Shown: positions 19,359 through 28,500 of the stretch, piece after piece | Layout: the number at the start of each line of letters is the position of its first letter | Numbering within the stretch: position 1 is the first letter of the stretch | Source: an uncultured Candidatus Binatia bacterium | GTDB taxonomy: Bacteria > Desulfobacterota > Binatia > UBA9968 > JAJDTQ01 | Reading direction: 5' to 3' | Length of the DNA stretch: 64,000 nucleotides | NCBI GenBank assembly: GCA_965213675.1 | Contig: OZ243916.1 | Coordinates: forward strand, 1,504,001 to 1,568,000 | Made by a program: the position numbers and the translations under genes | The notes under the pieces: model-generated | The model's input: only the letters and a program-made list of their open reading frames with translations | Database searches by the model: none | What the model was told of the DNA's origin: nothing

Positions 19359-19518
19359 GAGCGTGTCCGAGTATTCGCGTCCTGAACCACGGATAACGCT
19401 GTAGCATATTGAGAACATTGAACTTTTTGAACTCGATCCGACTTGCTTGGATTACTCAAAAGTCAATGACATCAACAAGTTGGCCATATGGGACGGGAAT
19501 ACTCGGACAAGCTCCCAG
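19355..19518. mobile_element. Putative MITE with ~25-bp terminal inverted repeats and an AT-rich interior
   Basis: GGAGCGTGTCCGAGTATTCGCGTCC ... GGACGGGAATACTCGGACAAGCTCC (23/25 match). Bounded by CTAG and CCAG. No ORF. Confidence 0.6.
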
Positions 19519-19696
19519 GAGCCTGCGCCGCAGGAGTTCACGGCTGTAAATCCGCTCTCATCCGTCCCTTCAGCCGCTCGATTTCGTCAAATATGACCTG
19601 ATATTCTCCTCAATCGACCGGCCGAAAGGACGGCGATAGCGAATTTTCGCTTTCGCGAATTCCTCCGGCGCAGGCGCCCAGGCCGGCACTGCCCGT

Positions 19697-21481
19697 TCAG
19701 CGCCGCTGGGTAATGGTGTCCACCAGCGCCGGCTTGCCCTGCTTGACCTGGGCGATGGCGCGTTCGAGAGCCGGCTTCACGTCGTCGCCGTTCTCGATGG
19801 GGCCCTCGGCGTACCAGCCCATGGAGCGGGCGAGGCCGGCGAAGTCGGGGTCCGGGCCGAAGAGATCCATGCCGATGTGGGCGCGCTCCGGATCGGTGCC
19901 GCGGTTCCGCGCCATGACGATCTGATGGTTCCAATCGTTGTAGTAGGCGCGGTTGTTGTACATGACGATGAGCATGGGGATCTTATACTTGGCGGCGATC
20001 CACAGGCTGCCGGCGTCGAACATGAGGTCGCCGTCGGGTTGGAGGTCCACCACCAGCCGCCCGGCGTCCCTGTGAGCCAGGGCCACGCCCAAAGCCGTGC
20101 CGATCTGCGTGCCCGTGCCCAGCTCGCGGCCGCCGTGGCGGTAGGGCTTGTCGAAGTCCCACAGCCGCCGCGCCCAGTCGTGCAGGGTGCCCGAGGTCAG
20201 CACCCAGTCCTCGTCCTTGATGGCCTCCCACACCTCCAGCGCCAGCCGCGGCACGGTCATGGGCACCGCGTCCCAGCGATCCTCCCGCGCCTGCCGCATC
20301 CATTCGCCGCGCACCTGGGCGTGGCGCTGGCCCACCTCGTCCGTACGCCTGGCGATCTTCTCCGCCAAGCCCGGCGTGCGCGCAATGCGCTCCTTCAACA
20401 GATTGGTCAGCGCGGGGCACGCGGTCACCGGGTCCGCGGTCATGCGCTGGTGGGCGTAGAATGGCCGGGCGTAGGTCATGGCCCACTTGCTGATCTCCAC
20501 GTCGGTGTAGCCGATGTCGATCCAGGTGGCGTCTTCGGGCACCATGCTCACCACCGTGCGGGTGGCGATGTCGCGCACGTGGGTGGGCTTCTCGAAGTCG
20601 GCGATGTCCAGCGTCAGCACCACGTCCGCACCCTTGTAACAGCCCTCGCTGTCCATGCTCAGGTTGAGCGGATGCTCGCTCGGGAAGTTGAGCCGCGAGT
20701 CGCAGTCCCACACCGCCGCCCCCAGGGTCTCGGCCAGTGCCACCACGTGGTCCCAGCCGTGAGGCGGGCGCGCCGCGAAGTCGGCCACGATCACCGGGCG
20801 CTCGGCCGCGGCCAAGGTGTCGGCGGCCTTCTCCAGCGCCGCCGGGTCGGCCATGGCCTGCGCCGGCACCTGCATGTTGTCCAGCGGCGGCATGGCCACG
20901 TCGTGGTCCAGCGCCGCCTCCTGCAGGCCGGCGTCGTAGCACATGTAGATGGGTCCCTGCTTGCCGCTCATCATCACCGAGTAGGCGCGCGCGAAGGCGC
21001 CCGGGACGCCGTCGATGGTGGTGGGCTGGGAATCCCACTTCACGTAGTGGCGGATGGCCTCGCCCTGAACGCTCGCGGAATGGATCCAGTCGATGAACGG
21101 ACGCCGCTTGGGCTCTTCCATGGGCCCGGTGGCGCCGATGATGAAAACCGGAGCGCGGTCGAGATACGCATAGTAGATCCCCATGGGCGCGTGCAGCAGC
21201 CCCACCAGGTTATGCACGATGGCGATCATGGGCTTGCCGCTGGCGCGGGCGTAGCCGTGGGCGATCTGCACCGCGATCTTCTCATGGTTGCACAGCAGCA
21301 TGGGCGGGTTGTTCTCGCCGTAGTTCACCAGCGAGTCGTGCAGCCCCCGGTAGCTGGCGCCGGGGTTGAGCGCGATGTACTCGAACCCGTAGCGCTTGAT
21401 CATGTCCACGATGACGTCCGACTGCCACTTGCGGTCGGACTTCTTGATCTCGACCGCCTCTATCTTCTCCACCTTGCTCAT
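19697..21481 (-). CDS. Thiamine-diphosphate-dependent enzyme (acetolactate synthase/benzoylformate decarboxylase superfamily), paralog 1
   Basis: NPGASYRGLHDS, HEKIA..IAHGYA, and ThDP motif variant QPDGDLMF...MYNN. Confidence 0.9.
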   Translation of the reverse strand: MSKVEKIEAVEIKKSDRKWQSDVIVDMIKRYGFEYIALNPGASYRGLHDSLVNYGENNPPMLLCNHEKIAVQIAHGYARASGKPMIAIVHNLVGLLHAPMGIYYAYLDRAPVFIIGATGPMEEPKRRPFIDWIHSASVQGEAIRHYVKWDSQPTTIDGVPGAFARAYSVMMSGKQGPIYMCYDAGLQEAALDHDVAMPPLDNMQVPAQAMADPAALEKAADTLAAAERPVIVADFAARPPHGWDHVVALAETLGAAVWDCDSRLNFPSEHPLNLSMDSEGCYKGADVVLTLDIADFEKPTHVRDIATRTVVSMVPEDATWIDIGYTDVEISKWAMTYARPFYAHQRMTADPVTACPALTNLLKERIARTPGLAEKIARRTDEVGQRHAQVRGEWMRQAREDRWDAVPMTVPRLALEVWEAIKDEDWVLTSGTLHDWARRLWDFDKPYRHGGRELGTGTQIGTALGVALAHRDAGRLVVDLQPDGDLMFDAGSLWIAAKYKIPMLIVMYNNRAYYNDWNHQIVMARNRGTDPERAHIGMDLFGPDPDFAGLARSMGWYAEGPIENGDDVKPALERAIAQVKQGKPALVDTITQRR

Positions 21482-21498
21482 GCCTTTTCCTCCAGAAA

Positions 21499-21703
21499 TG
21501 TCATGCCCGCAACAGCTTGCCCTCGACCCCGATCGAGGGTGGGAATCCAGGCTATTCCTCCGGAAACGTCATTCCCGCAACAGCCGAAGTCGTCATCGGG
21601 AATCCCGGGGTGGGGACGCGTGGATGGGAGTCCCTCACCGCCCCGCGCCGCCTGGATTCCCGCCCCCGATCGGGGTCGAGGGCGAGCTTTCGCGGGCATG
21701 ACA
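21499..21703. repeat. REP cluster (three units, outer two inverted, loop-expanded variant)
   Basis: TGTCATGCCCGC...GGGAATCCAGG / GTCATTCCCGC...GGGAATCC / CCTGGATTCCCGC...GCGGGCATGACA. Confidence 0.8.
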
Positions 21704-21801
21704 GTGTGACGGTGCGGGGCGGTAATTGCCAAGGAACCGACGGCCACCGAGGAATCGACGGCCGTCAGGGAACCGCCGGCGCTCACGTGTTGATGCGGCG
21801 C

Positions 21802-23568
21802 TCACGTGTTGATGTCCCGGCGCCAGACGATGGGGTCCACCAGGGCCGGCTTGCCGGCCTTGACCTGCTCGATGGCCCGGCGCACTGCCGGCGCCACCTC
21901 CGCGGGGTCCTCGATGGGGCCTTCCGCGTACCAGCCCATGCCCCGGGCGATGTGGGCGAAGTCCGGCGGCGGCGCCTCCAGGTCCATGCCGATGTAGGCC
22001 CGGGCCGGGTCGGTGCCGCGCTGGTGCGCCATGTGGATCTGGTGCGCCCAATCGTTGTAGTAGGCGCGGTTGTTGTACATGATGACCAGCATGGGGATGT
22101 CGTACTTGATGGGCATCCACAGCGCGCCCAAGTCGAACATGAGGTCGCCGTCGGGCTGGAGGTCCACCACCAGCCTCCCCTGCCCCTTGTGGGCCAGCGC
22201 CACGCCGATGGACATGCCGATCTGCGTGCCGGTGCCCAGTTCCCGGCCCGGATGGCGGTAGGGCTTGTCGAAGTCCCAGATCTTCTGCACCCAGTCCTTG
22301 AGCGTCCCCGCGGTCAGCACCCAATCCTCGTCCTGGATGACCTGCCACACGTCCCAGGCGAGCCGGGACTCGGTCATGGGCCGCTGGTCCATGTCCGCCT
22401 CCACCTGTTTCTGCCACTTCGCCCACTGCTGCGCGTGCTTCGCCGCCAGAGCGTTCTTGCGTTCGTCCACCCGCGACTTCAATGCCGGGTCCGTGTCGAC
22501 GAGCGCGCGGCACGCCTTGGTCAGTTCGGGAATCGTGATGGCGGTGTCGCCCATCACCCGCAGGTCCCAGTTGTTGTGCTTGTTGTAGTCGGTGGCCCAC
22601 TTGCTGATCTCGATGTCGGCGAAGCCAGCGTCCACCCATTTGCAGTCCGGCGCCGTCATCACCGTGACCTCGCGGGTCTGGGTGTTGAGCTTGTGAGAAC
22701 CCCGGGTCCAGTCCACCACATCGAGGGCCATCACCACGTCCACGCCCGCGAAGGCGTCGGGGTTGAAGCTCATGTTCAAGGGGTGGCGGTTGGGGAAGCC
22801 CAGCCGCTTGCAAACGTCGAAGACCGACGCGCCGACCGTTTCGGCCAACTCCACGGTGGGCTCGTAGCCCACGGGCATGCGCGCGGCGTACTCGGTGAGC
22901 AAGAGCGGGTTGTCGGCCTTCACCAGCATCTCCGCGGCCTCGGTCACCACCGACGGCTCCGGGGCGATGCGCGACGGCACCTTGACGGCGGACGCCGGTG
23001 GAATCGGCACGTCCTCGGTGAGGGGGCTTTCCTGCAGCGCCGAGTCGTAGCACATGTAGATGGGCCCCTGGGGCTCGCTCATCATGATGGAGTAGGCGCG
23101 CGCAAAGGAATCCGGCACGCCGTGGATGCTGCCGGGCTGATAGTCCCACTTGGTGAAGCTTCGCACCGCGTCACCCTGGGCGAAGGCCGTGTGGATCCAA
23201 TCGATGAACGGGCGCCGGTACTTCTCGTCCATGGGGCCGGTGGCGCCGATGATGAACACCGGGCAGCGGTCGATGTAGGCGTAATAGATGCCCATGGGCG
23301 CGTGCAGCAGCCCCACCACGTTGTGCACAATGGCGATCATGGGCTTGCCCGACGCCTTGGCGTAGCCGTGGGCGATCTGCACCGCGATCTTCTCGTGGTT
23401 GCACAGGAGCATCTCGGGATCGTTCTCGCCGTAGTTCACCATGGAGTCGTGGAGTCCCCGGTAGCTCGCCCCCGGATTCAGGGCGACGTAGGGGATATCG
23501 TAGAGCTTCATGAGATCGACGATGACGTCCGACTGCCAGCGTTGTTCCGATTTCTTGATTTCCGACAT
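21802..23568 (-). CDS. Thiamine-diphosphate-dependent enzyme, paralog 2
   Basis: Colinear with paralog 1 and shares long identical blocks (WQSDVIVD, RELGTGTQIG, MGWYAEGPIE). ATG 23568 has a GGAG RBS. Confidence 0.9.
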   Translation of the reverse strand: MSEIKKSEQRWQSDVIVDLMKLYDIPYVALNPGASYRGLHDSMVNYGENDPEMLLCNHEKIAVQIAHGYAKASGKPMIAIVHNVVGLLHAPMGIYYAYIDRCPVFIIGATGPMDEKYRRPFIDWIHTAFAQGDAVRSFTKWDYQPGSIHGVPDSFARAYSIMMSEPQGPIYMCYDSALQESPLTEDVPIPPASAVKVPSRIAPEPSVVTEAAEMLVKADNPLLLTEYAARMPVGYEPTVELAETVGASVFDVCKRLGFPNRHPLNMSFNPDAFAGVDVVMALDVVDWTRGSHKLNTQTREVTVMTAPDCKWVDAGFADIEISKWATDYNKHNNWDLRVMGDTAITIPELTKACRALVDTDPALKSRVDERKNALAAKHAQQWAKWQKQVEADMDQRPMTESRLAWDVWQVIQDEDWVLTAGTLKDWVQKIWDFDKPYRHPGRELGTGTQIGMSIGVALAHKGQGRLVVDLQPDGDLMFDLGALWMPIKYDIPMLVIMYNNRAYYNDWAHQIHMAHQRGTDPARAYIGMDLEAPPPDFAHIARGMGWYAEGPIEDPAEVAPAVRRAIEQVKAGKPALVDPIVWRRDINT

Positions 23569-23713
23569 GCGTATGCCTTTCTCCCACCCGGAAGGTCGGG
23601 TCTTCAAGATCGACTCTTGATCGATTCTTGACGACCGGATCGAGGCCCTTTGATACGGTGTGGGTGACGGTGATTGGAACGCCAAGTCCCGCGAGCACAA
23701 GATCTCGCGAAAC

Positions 23714-23878
23714 CTAGTGTGTTGTCTGGTTAATACGCGTCATAATCTGCGGGTCTTTTTCGCCGTCGGCTGCGTTGCTCTTCCTCGCGTGGTACCCACC
23801 ACTGCTCGTCATCGCGCCTTGCCGACAACAATAAATCCTCCGCAGATTATGACGCGTATTAACCAGACACCACACTAG
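23714..23878 (-). repeat. 165-bp palindromic dispersed element, copy 3 (inverted)
   Basis: CTAG-TGTGTTGTCTGGTTAATACGCGTCATAATCTGCGG...CCGCAGATTATGACGCGTATTAACCAGACACCACA-CTAG. The core is the reverse complement of copies 1 and 2. Confidence 0.85.
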
Positions 23879-24133
23879 GTCATCCTGATTGCCATGTCAA
23901 TTTGGCGAGAAAACCCATCAACCTGCGGCGCAAGCTCCGAGGTCCGGATGAAGATCGTTCCAGTCCTTGCGAATCCTCGTTTCGTCGGAAGGACGCCGTC
24001 CGAACCTACGACTCCCGTGCGAATCGGCAGCGTGGGACGCTCCTGCGGGTTTGCAAAGCATGATCGCTGTTGGTAGTGTCAGCATCACGTTAGACATGTC
24101 AGTTTCACGTCACTTCAGCGGAAAGGAAATCGG

Positions 24134-24559
24134 ATGATGAAAAGGCTCGGACTTGCACTGGTTTCGGGTGTGGCGTTTCTTGTAGTCGCAGGGTTGGCGG
24201 GTTTCGCGGCGGCGCAGGATCCGCGCGTCTTCTTCGTCGAACCCAAGGACGGGGCGGAAGTCGTGAGCCCGGTGAAGGTGGTCATGGGCGTGGAAGGGAT
24301 CACTGTCAAGCCTTCCGGCGCCGTGGTCGAGGGCACGGGGCACCACCACATCCTCATCAATCAGGGCCCCATGCGCGGCGGCAAGGTGATCCCGACGGAC
24401 AAGATCCACCTGCACTACGGCAAGGGCCAGACCGAAGCCGAGATCAAGCTCGAGCCCGGGGACTACACCCTGACCATGCAGTTCGCCGACGGCCTCCACC
24501 GCTCCTTCGGCAAGAAGCTGGCGCACACCGTCAAGATCAAGGTCGTGCCCGCGCAGTGA
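24134..24559 (+). CDS. DUF4399-domain exported protein
   Basis: Signal peptide, VFFVEPKDGA.V.SP, GTGHHHILI, HLHYGKGQTEA, L.PG.YTLT.QFADGLH. Confidence 0.85.
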   Translation: MMKRLGLALVSGVAFLVVAGLAGFAAAQDPRVFFVEPKDGAEVVSPVKVVMGVEGITVKPSGAVVEGTGHHHILINQGPMRGGKVIPTDKIHLHYGKGQTEAEIKLEPGDYTLTMQFADGLHRSFGKKLAHTVKIKVVPAQ

Positions 24560-24642
24560 CCGATCTAGTTCGGGCCGCCCCGGCGGGGTGGACCGGGCGG
24601 CCGGTTTGACCACGAGGCAGCTGGCGGACCAAGCTGCGTTTC

Positions 24643-25521
24643 GTGGGACTCGGCGTCATCTACGCCCTCGCCGGGGGCATCGTGTGGGGGCTGGTGCCGC
24701 CGCTGGTGAAGCGCGGCCTCGTACACTCGGACGTGGACGCCGCCGTGACCATCCAGCAGGCGGCGATGGTGCCATTCCTGGCACTGGTCTGGATCGTCGT
24801 CTACGACGCCGGCGGGTTCCCGGTCCCCTTCCCCGCGGTCGCCACCTTCGTGGTCCTGGGCGCGGTGGGAGCGTTTTTCGGCCGGGTCTTCCTGCTGCGG
24901 GCCATTGACCAGGTCGGCGCCTCCCGCGCTCAGTCCATCAAGAACGCCTCGCCGCTCCTCACCACCATTATCGGAGTCACCCTGCTGGGCGAGAGCGCCA
25001 CCCCCGGGACCTTGGGCGGCGTGATCGCCATCGTCGCGGGCATCCTCCTGATCACCCACGTCAAGAGTTCCGGGGCCGTTCCGTCCGCCCCGCTGATGGG
25101 GTTCGTCAACGCTTTCCTGTCCTTCGCCTTCTACAGCCTGGGCCCCATACTCAAGCGCCTGGGCGTGCTCCTGGGCGGCGACCCCATCGCCGGCGCACTC
25201 ATTACCCAGATCACCGGTCTGGCCATGATCTTCCTGCTGGGCAAGGTGCTGCGCATCCGCATCGTCTTCCGCGGCGTGCCCCTGGCCGCCACCTTGTGCT
25301 TCGCCGCTTCCGGCGTGATCCACGCCATTGGCACGATCCTGACGTTCCTGGCCGTGGTCCACGCCCCCGCGGTGATCGTGGGACCCATCTGGAACATCCA
25401 GCCCCTGGTGACCTTCGCGCTGGCCCACTTCACCCTCAAGGGAATCGAGATCGTACGGTTCCAGGACGGCGTGGGCGCCGCCCTGATCGTCGCCGGTGTG
25501 TTCATCCTGGCGTGGATGTGA
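24643..25521 (+). CDS. DMT/EamA-family transporter
   Basis: About 10 TM helices in two repeats; AIDQVGASRA, PLLT..G..LLGE. Confidence 0.8.
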   Translation: MGLGVIYALAGGIVWGLVPPLVKRGLVHSDVDAAVTIQQAAMVPFLALVWIVVYDAGGFPVPFPAVATFVVLGAVGAFFGRVFLLRAIDQVGASRAQSIKNASPLLTTIIGVTLLGESATPGTLGGVIAIVAGILLITHVKSSGAVPSAPLMGFVNAFLSFAFYSLGPILKRLGVLLGGDPIAGALITQITGLAMIFLLGKVLRIRIVFRGVPLAATLCFAASGVIHAIGTILTFLAVVHAPAVIVGPIWNIQPLVTFALAHFTLKGIEIVRFQDGVGAALIVAGVFILAWM

Positions 25522-25595
25522 CCAGGAGCCCGTCCGTCGCACGCGGACAACACCTGCCCAAGCCCCACCAGGAGCTTGCGCTGCGCCCCGGCGCC

Positions 25596-28500
25596 TTACC
25601 AGCGGGTGCGGATTTCGAGTCCGAAGCGGTGCTCCGCGGGGGCGTGGTCGCTGTCGCGCCGGGTGGTCTTGATTCCGAGGGAGAAGTCTGGGCCGTTGGG
25701 CGCGGGCTCCAGGCGCCAGCCGAGGGTGTATTCGCGGCCGTTGGGGGCCAGGCCGTAGCCGACGTGCGGACTGCCGGTGTACAGACCAGAGAAAGCCGGG
25801 AGTCCCCACGCGGCTTCCGCGGTCCACCGGGGCATGAGCTCACTGCCGGGGCGCTCTCCGATGGACTCCGCGTCGAACAGCGCGTCGAGTCCGCCGGAAG
25901 CCTGTCCGCCCAGTTCGTGGCGCAGCGTGAACGACAACCCGCGTTGGCTGGCCGGGTCGGGGTCGTAGGCGACGGCGCCGGAAAACCCCCGGTCCCTGCG
26001 CCCGTCCGCCTCATGCGACAGCAGCGTACGGCCCCGCACGTCGATGTCGAGGCCGTACCGCGGGACGATCCAGGTGACGCCGCCGCCCAGTTCGATGCCG
26101 AACCCGGTCTCGGCATCGCCGCCATCGTGACGCACACCCGCCTCCAGCCTGGGCGTAAGCGCGCCCCCGCCCCAGGCAGAGCTTGATTCAAGTGTTCCAG
26201 GCGCCAGCGTCCAGCTTCCCTTCAAACCCAACCGGAACCGGGTCACGTCCGCCTCCGACGCCGCCAACTCCCCATTCCTGTCCGAGGTCGTGCGCACCCA
26301 CATGCCGTCCGACACCACCGCCCACGCCAAGCCGCTGGCGAAGGACGGCGCCGGCAGGTCGCCGCGCAACCCCGTCGCGGCCAGCCGCCAGCCCGTGTCC
26401 GCCTTCAACGCGGAACCCAACTGCGCCCCGGTGAAGTTCTCCTCCGGCTCGTACGTCACCCGACCCTGACCGTAGCCCGCCGCGCCCCACAGTTTCAGCC
26501 GCTCCGTCGCCTGCACCGCGCCGTAGGGGATGGCCGCGGTCAGGGTGGAATCGAGCTTGCCCGAACCCGTGCCCGGGTCGTTGTAGCCGCCGTCGCCCCA
26601 GCCCTGCACAAGCGCGAGTCCCAGGAGCCACCGGTCGCGCGCATAATCGGCGCCCAGCATGGCCGCGGTGACCTCGCCGTCGAGACTCAGTGCCTTCTCC
26701 TTGCCGTCGAATCTCGTGTACGCGCCCCGGCCCCAGAACGCCACCGCACCGTCCTTCGCGTCCGGGTCACCGGTCAGGGTGAACGCGCTCCCCGCCAGCA
26801 ACTCCCTGCCCCTCATCATCCGCCCTGCGCCATGAGGCCCGGGCACGCCCGGACCGTATCCGAGAGTGCCGGGATCAGGAACCGGTCCAGCCCGGTTTCC
26901 GGTTGGGCGAGCGTAACTGCCCGTCCCCGGCGCGGCCGTCACCGGTTCCTGACCGCTACCGGCCACTTCGCGGCCCCCAAGAGCGTGGCCGCCCACCCTG
27001 CCCTGAAGACCCGGCGTCCGGGATGCCTCCATGCGGGCTGTGATGCCGTCGAGCGCCTGCTCGGCCACCGTGCGGCCGAAACGGGCGAGCCAGGCGTCGG
27101 GCAGCGGGTCGGAGTTCTTGATCGTGCCCGTCCCCTCGCCGTCGTCGATGGTCGCGTTCTCGGGGTAGTACAGGATGACGGTGAAGGTCTCATCGCCCTC
27201 GTCGTGGGCGTCGTCGAAGGTCGGTATCCAGATCTCAAACCGTTCGCTGCCGGGGTAGATGGTGGCGTTATTGCTGGTGAAGGGATAATCCTCCGATTGA
27301 CGGGCGTTGCCGTAATTCTGGCCGTCAAGGGTCCCCGATTCGGTGCTGTAGGTGAAGCTCACCTTGTGGGCTACGGGTTTCGACAGCGTTACCTGGAAGT
27401 AGACCTCGTCACCTTCCTCCGCCGAACCGTCGCTGATGGAGAGTGTTGGCAGGCCGTCGTTGTCGTGAATGGTGGCCTCGGCTTCGTTCCTGGGCGCCGC
27501 CGCCACGGTGTAGCCGGTGCCTGACTGCACCGTAGTGGTTACGGTGGCGCTGGAGGGGTCTTCCTCAATGCTGTCGTCGATGGTTCGCACGCTCAGCGTC
27601 GCTTGTTCCTGGCGCGCCGGGATCGTCACCTGGCGAGTGCCGGCATCGGCGCTGTTCACGAACGCGTTGCCCGGTTCGGCGACCTGAACCGTCACCTCGA
27701 GATCCGCCTCGGGGGCAACATCGGCGTGTAGGGTGAATTTCAGCGTGGTGCCCTCGAAGTCGGGTGAGTTCGGGAAAGCCGGACGCGTCGCCTGCTCCGA
27801 GGTCACGCGAATCTCAGGCACCGGCACGTCGTCGTCGGTTACCGACACGCTCGCCTCGTTCGTGGACGCCACCCGGTAGTGCGAGCGCGAGACGACTCGC
27901 GCCGTCACCGTGCCGTCGCGCTCGTCGCTGTCGTCGTCGACGGTGGCCACCGTGTGGGTCGCCGTGGCCGTGTTGGCGGAGAAGGTCACCGTCTTCTCGC
28001 CGGTGGTGCCCTCGGCGGCGAAATCCCCGCGCTGGGAGATGTCGAGGTGTACCACTAGATCCGCCGTCGGGGTGGGGCTGGCGCTCAGGGTGAAGCTCGC
28101 GGCCTGGCCTTCGCCCACCGAGGCGGCGTCGCGACTGATGCTGATCTGCGGCAGCGGCTCGTCGTCGTCGTTGACCGTCACCGAATACGAGCCGCTCTGG
28201 CTGTGCACGGTGTAGCCCGTACCGCTTCGTACCGCCGCGCTGATGCTGCCATTGGGTTCGTCGGTGCTGTCGTTGTTGGTGGTGACGCTGAAGGTCGCCG
28301 TGCCGCTGCCGCCAATGGTGATGCGCCGGGTGCCGGTCTGGCCGCCGCGAGCGAAATTGCCGCTCTGGGTCACATCGACGTTGACGCTGATGCTGCCCTG
28401 CGGCGCGGGCGAGGCGGAAAGCGTGAAGGTGGCCGTGCCGCCCTCGGTGATGGCGCCGCCACCGGAAATGCTGACCGCCGGTGTGGGCGGCGGCAGATCG

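Noticed and set aside
18441-19396. ORFs rich in HSHHP/PPP or SLPLSF repeats
   Set aside because: These are translations of the tandem arrays and palindromic elements, with no RBS or coding signal.
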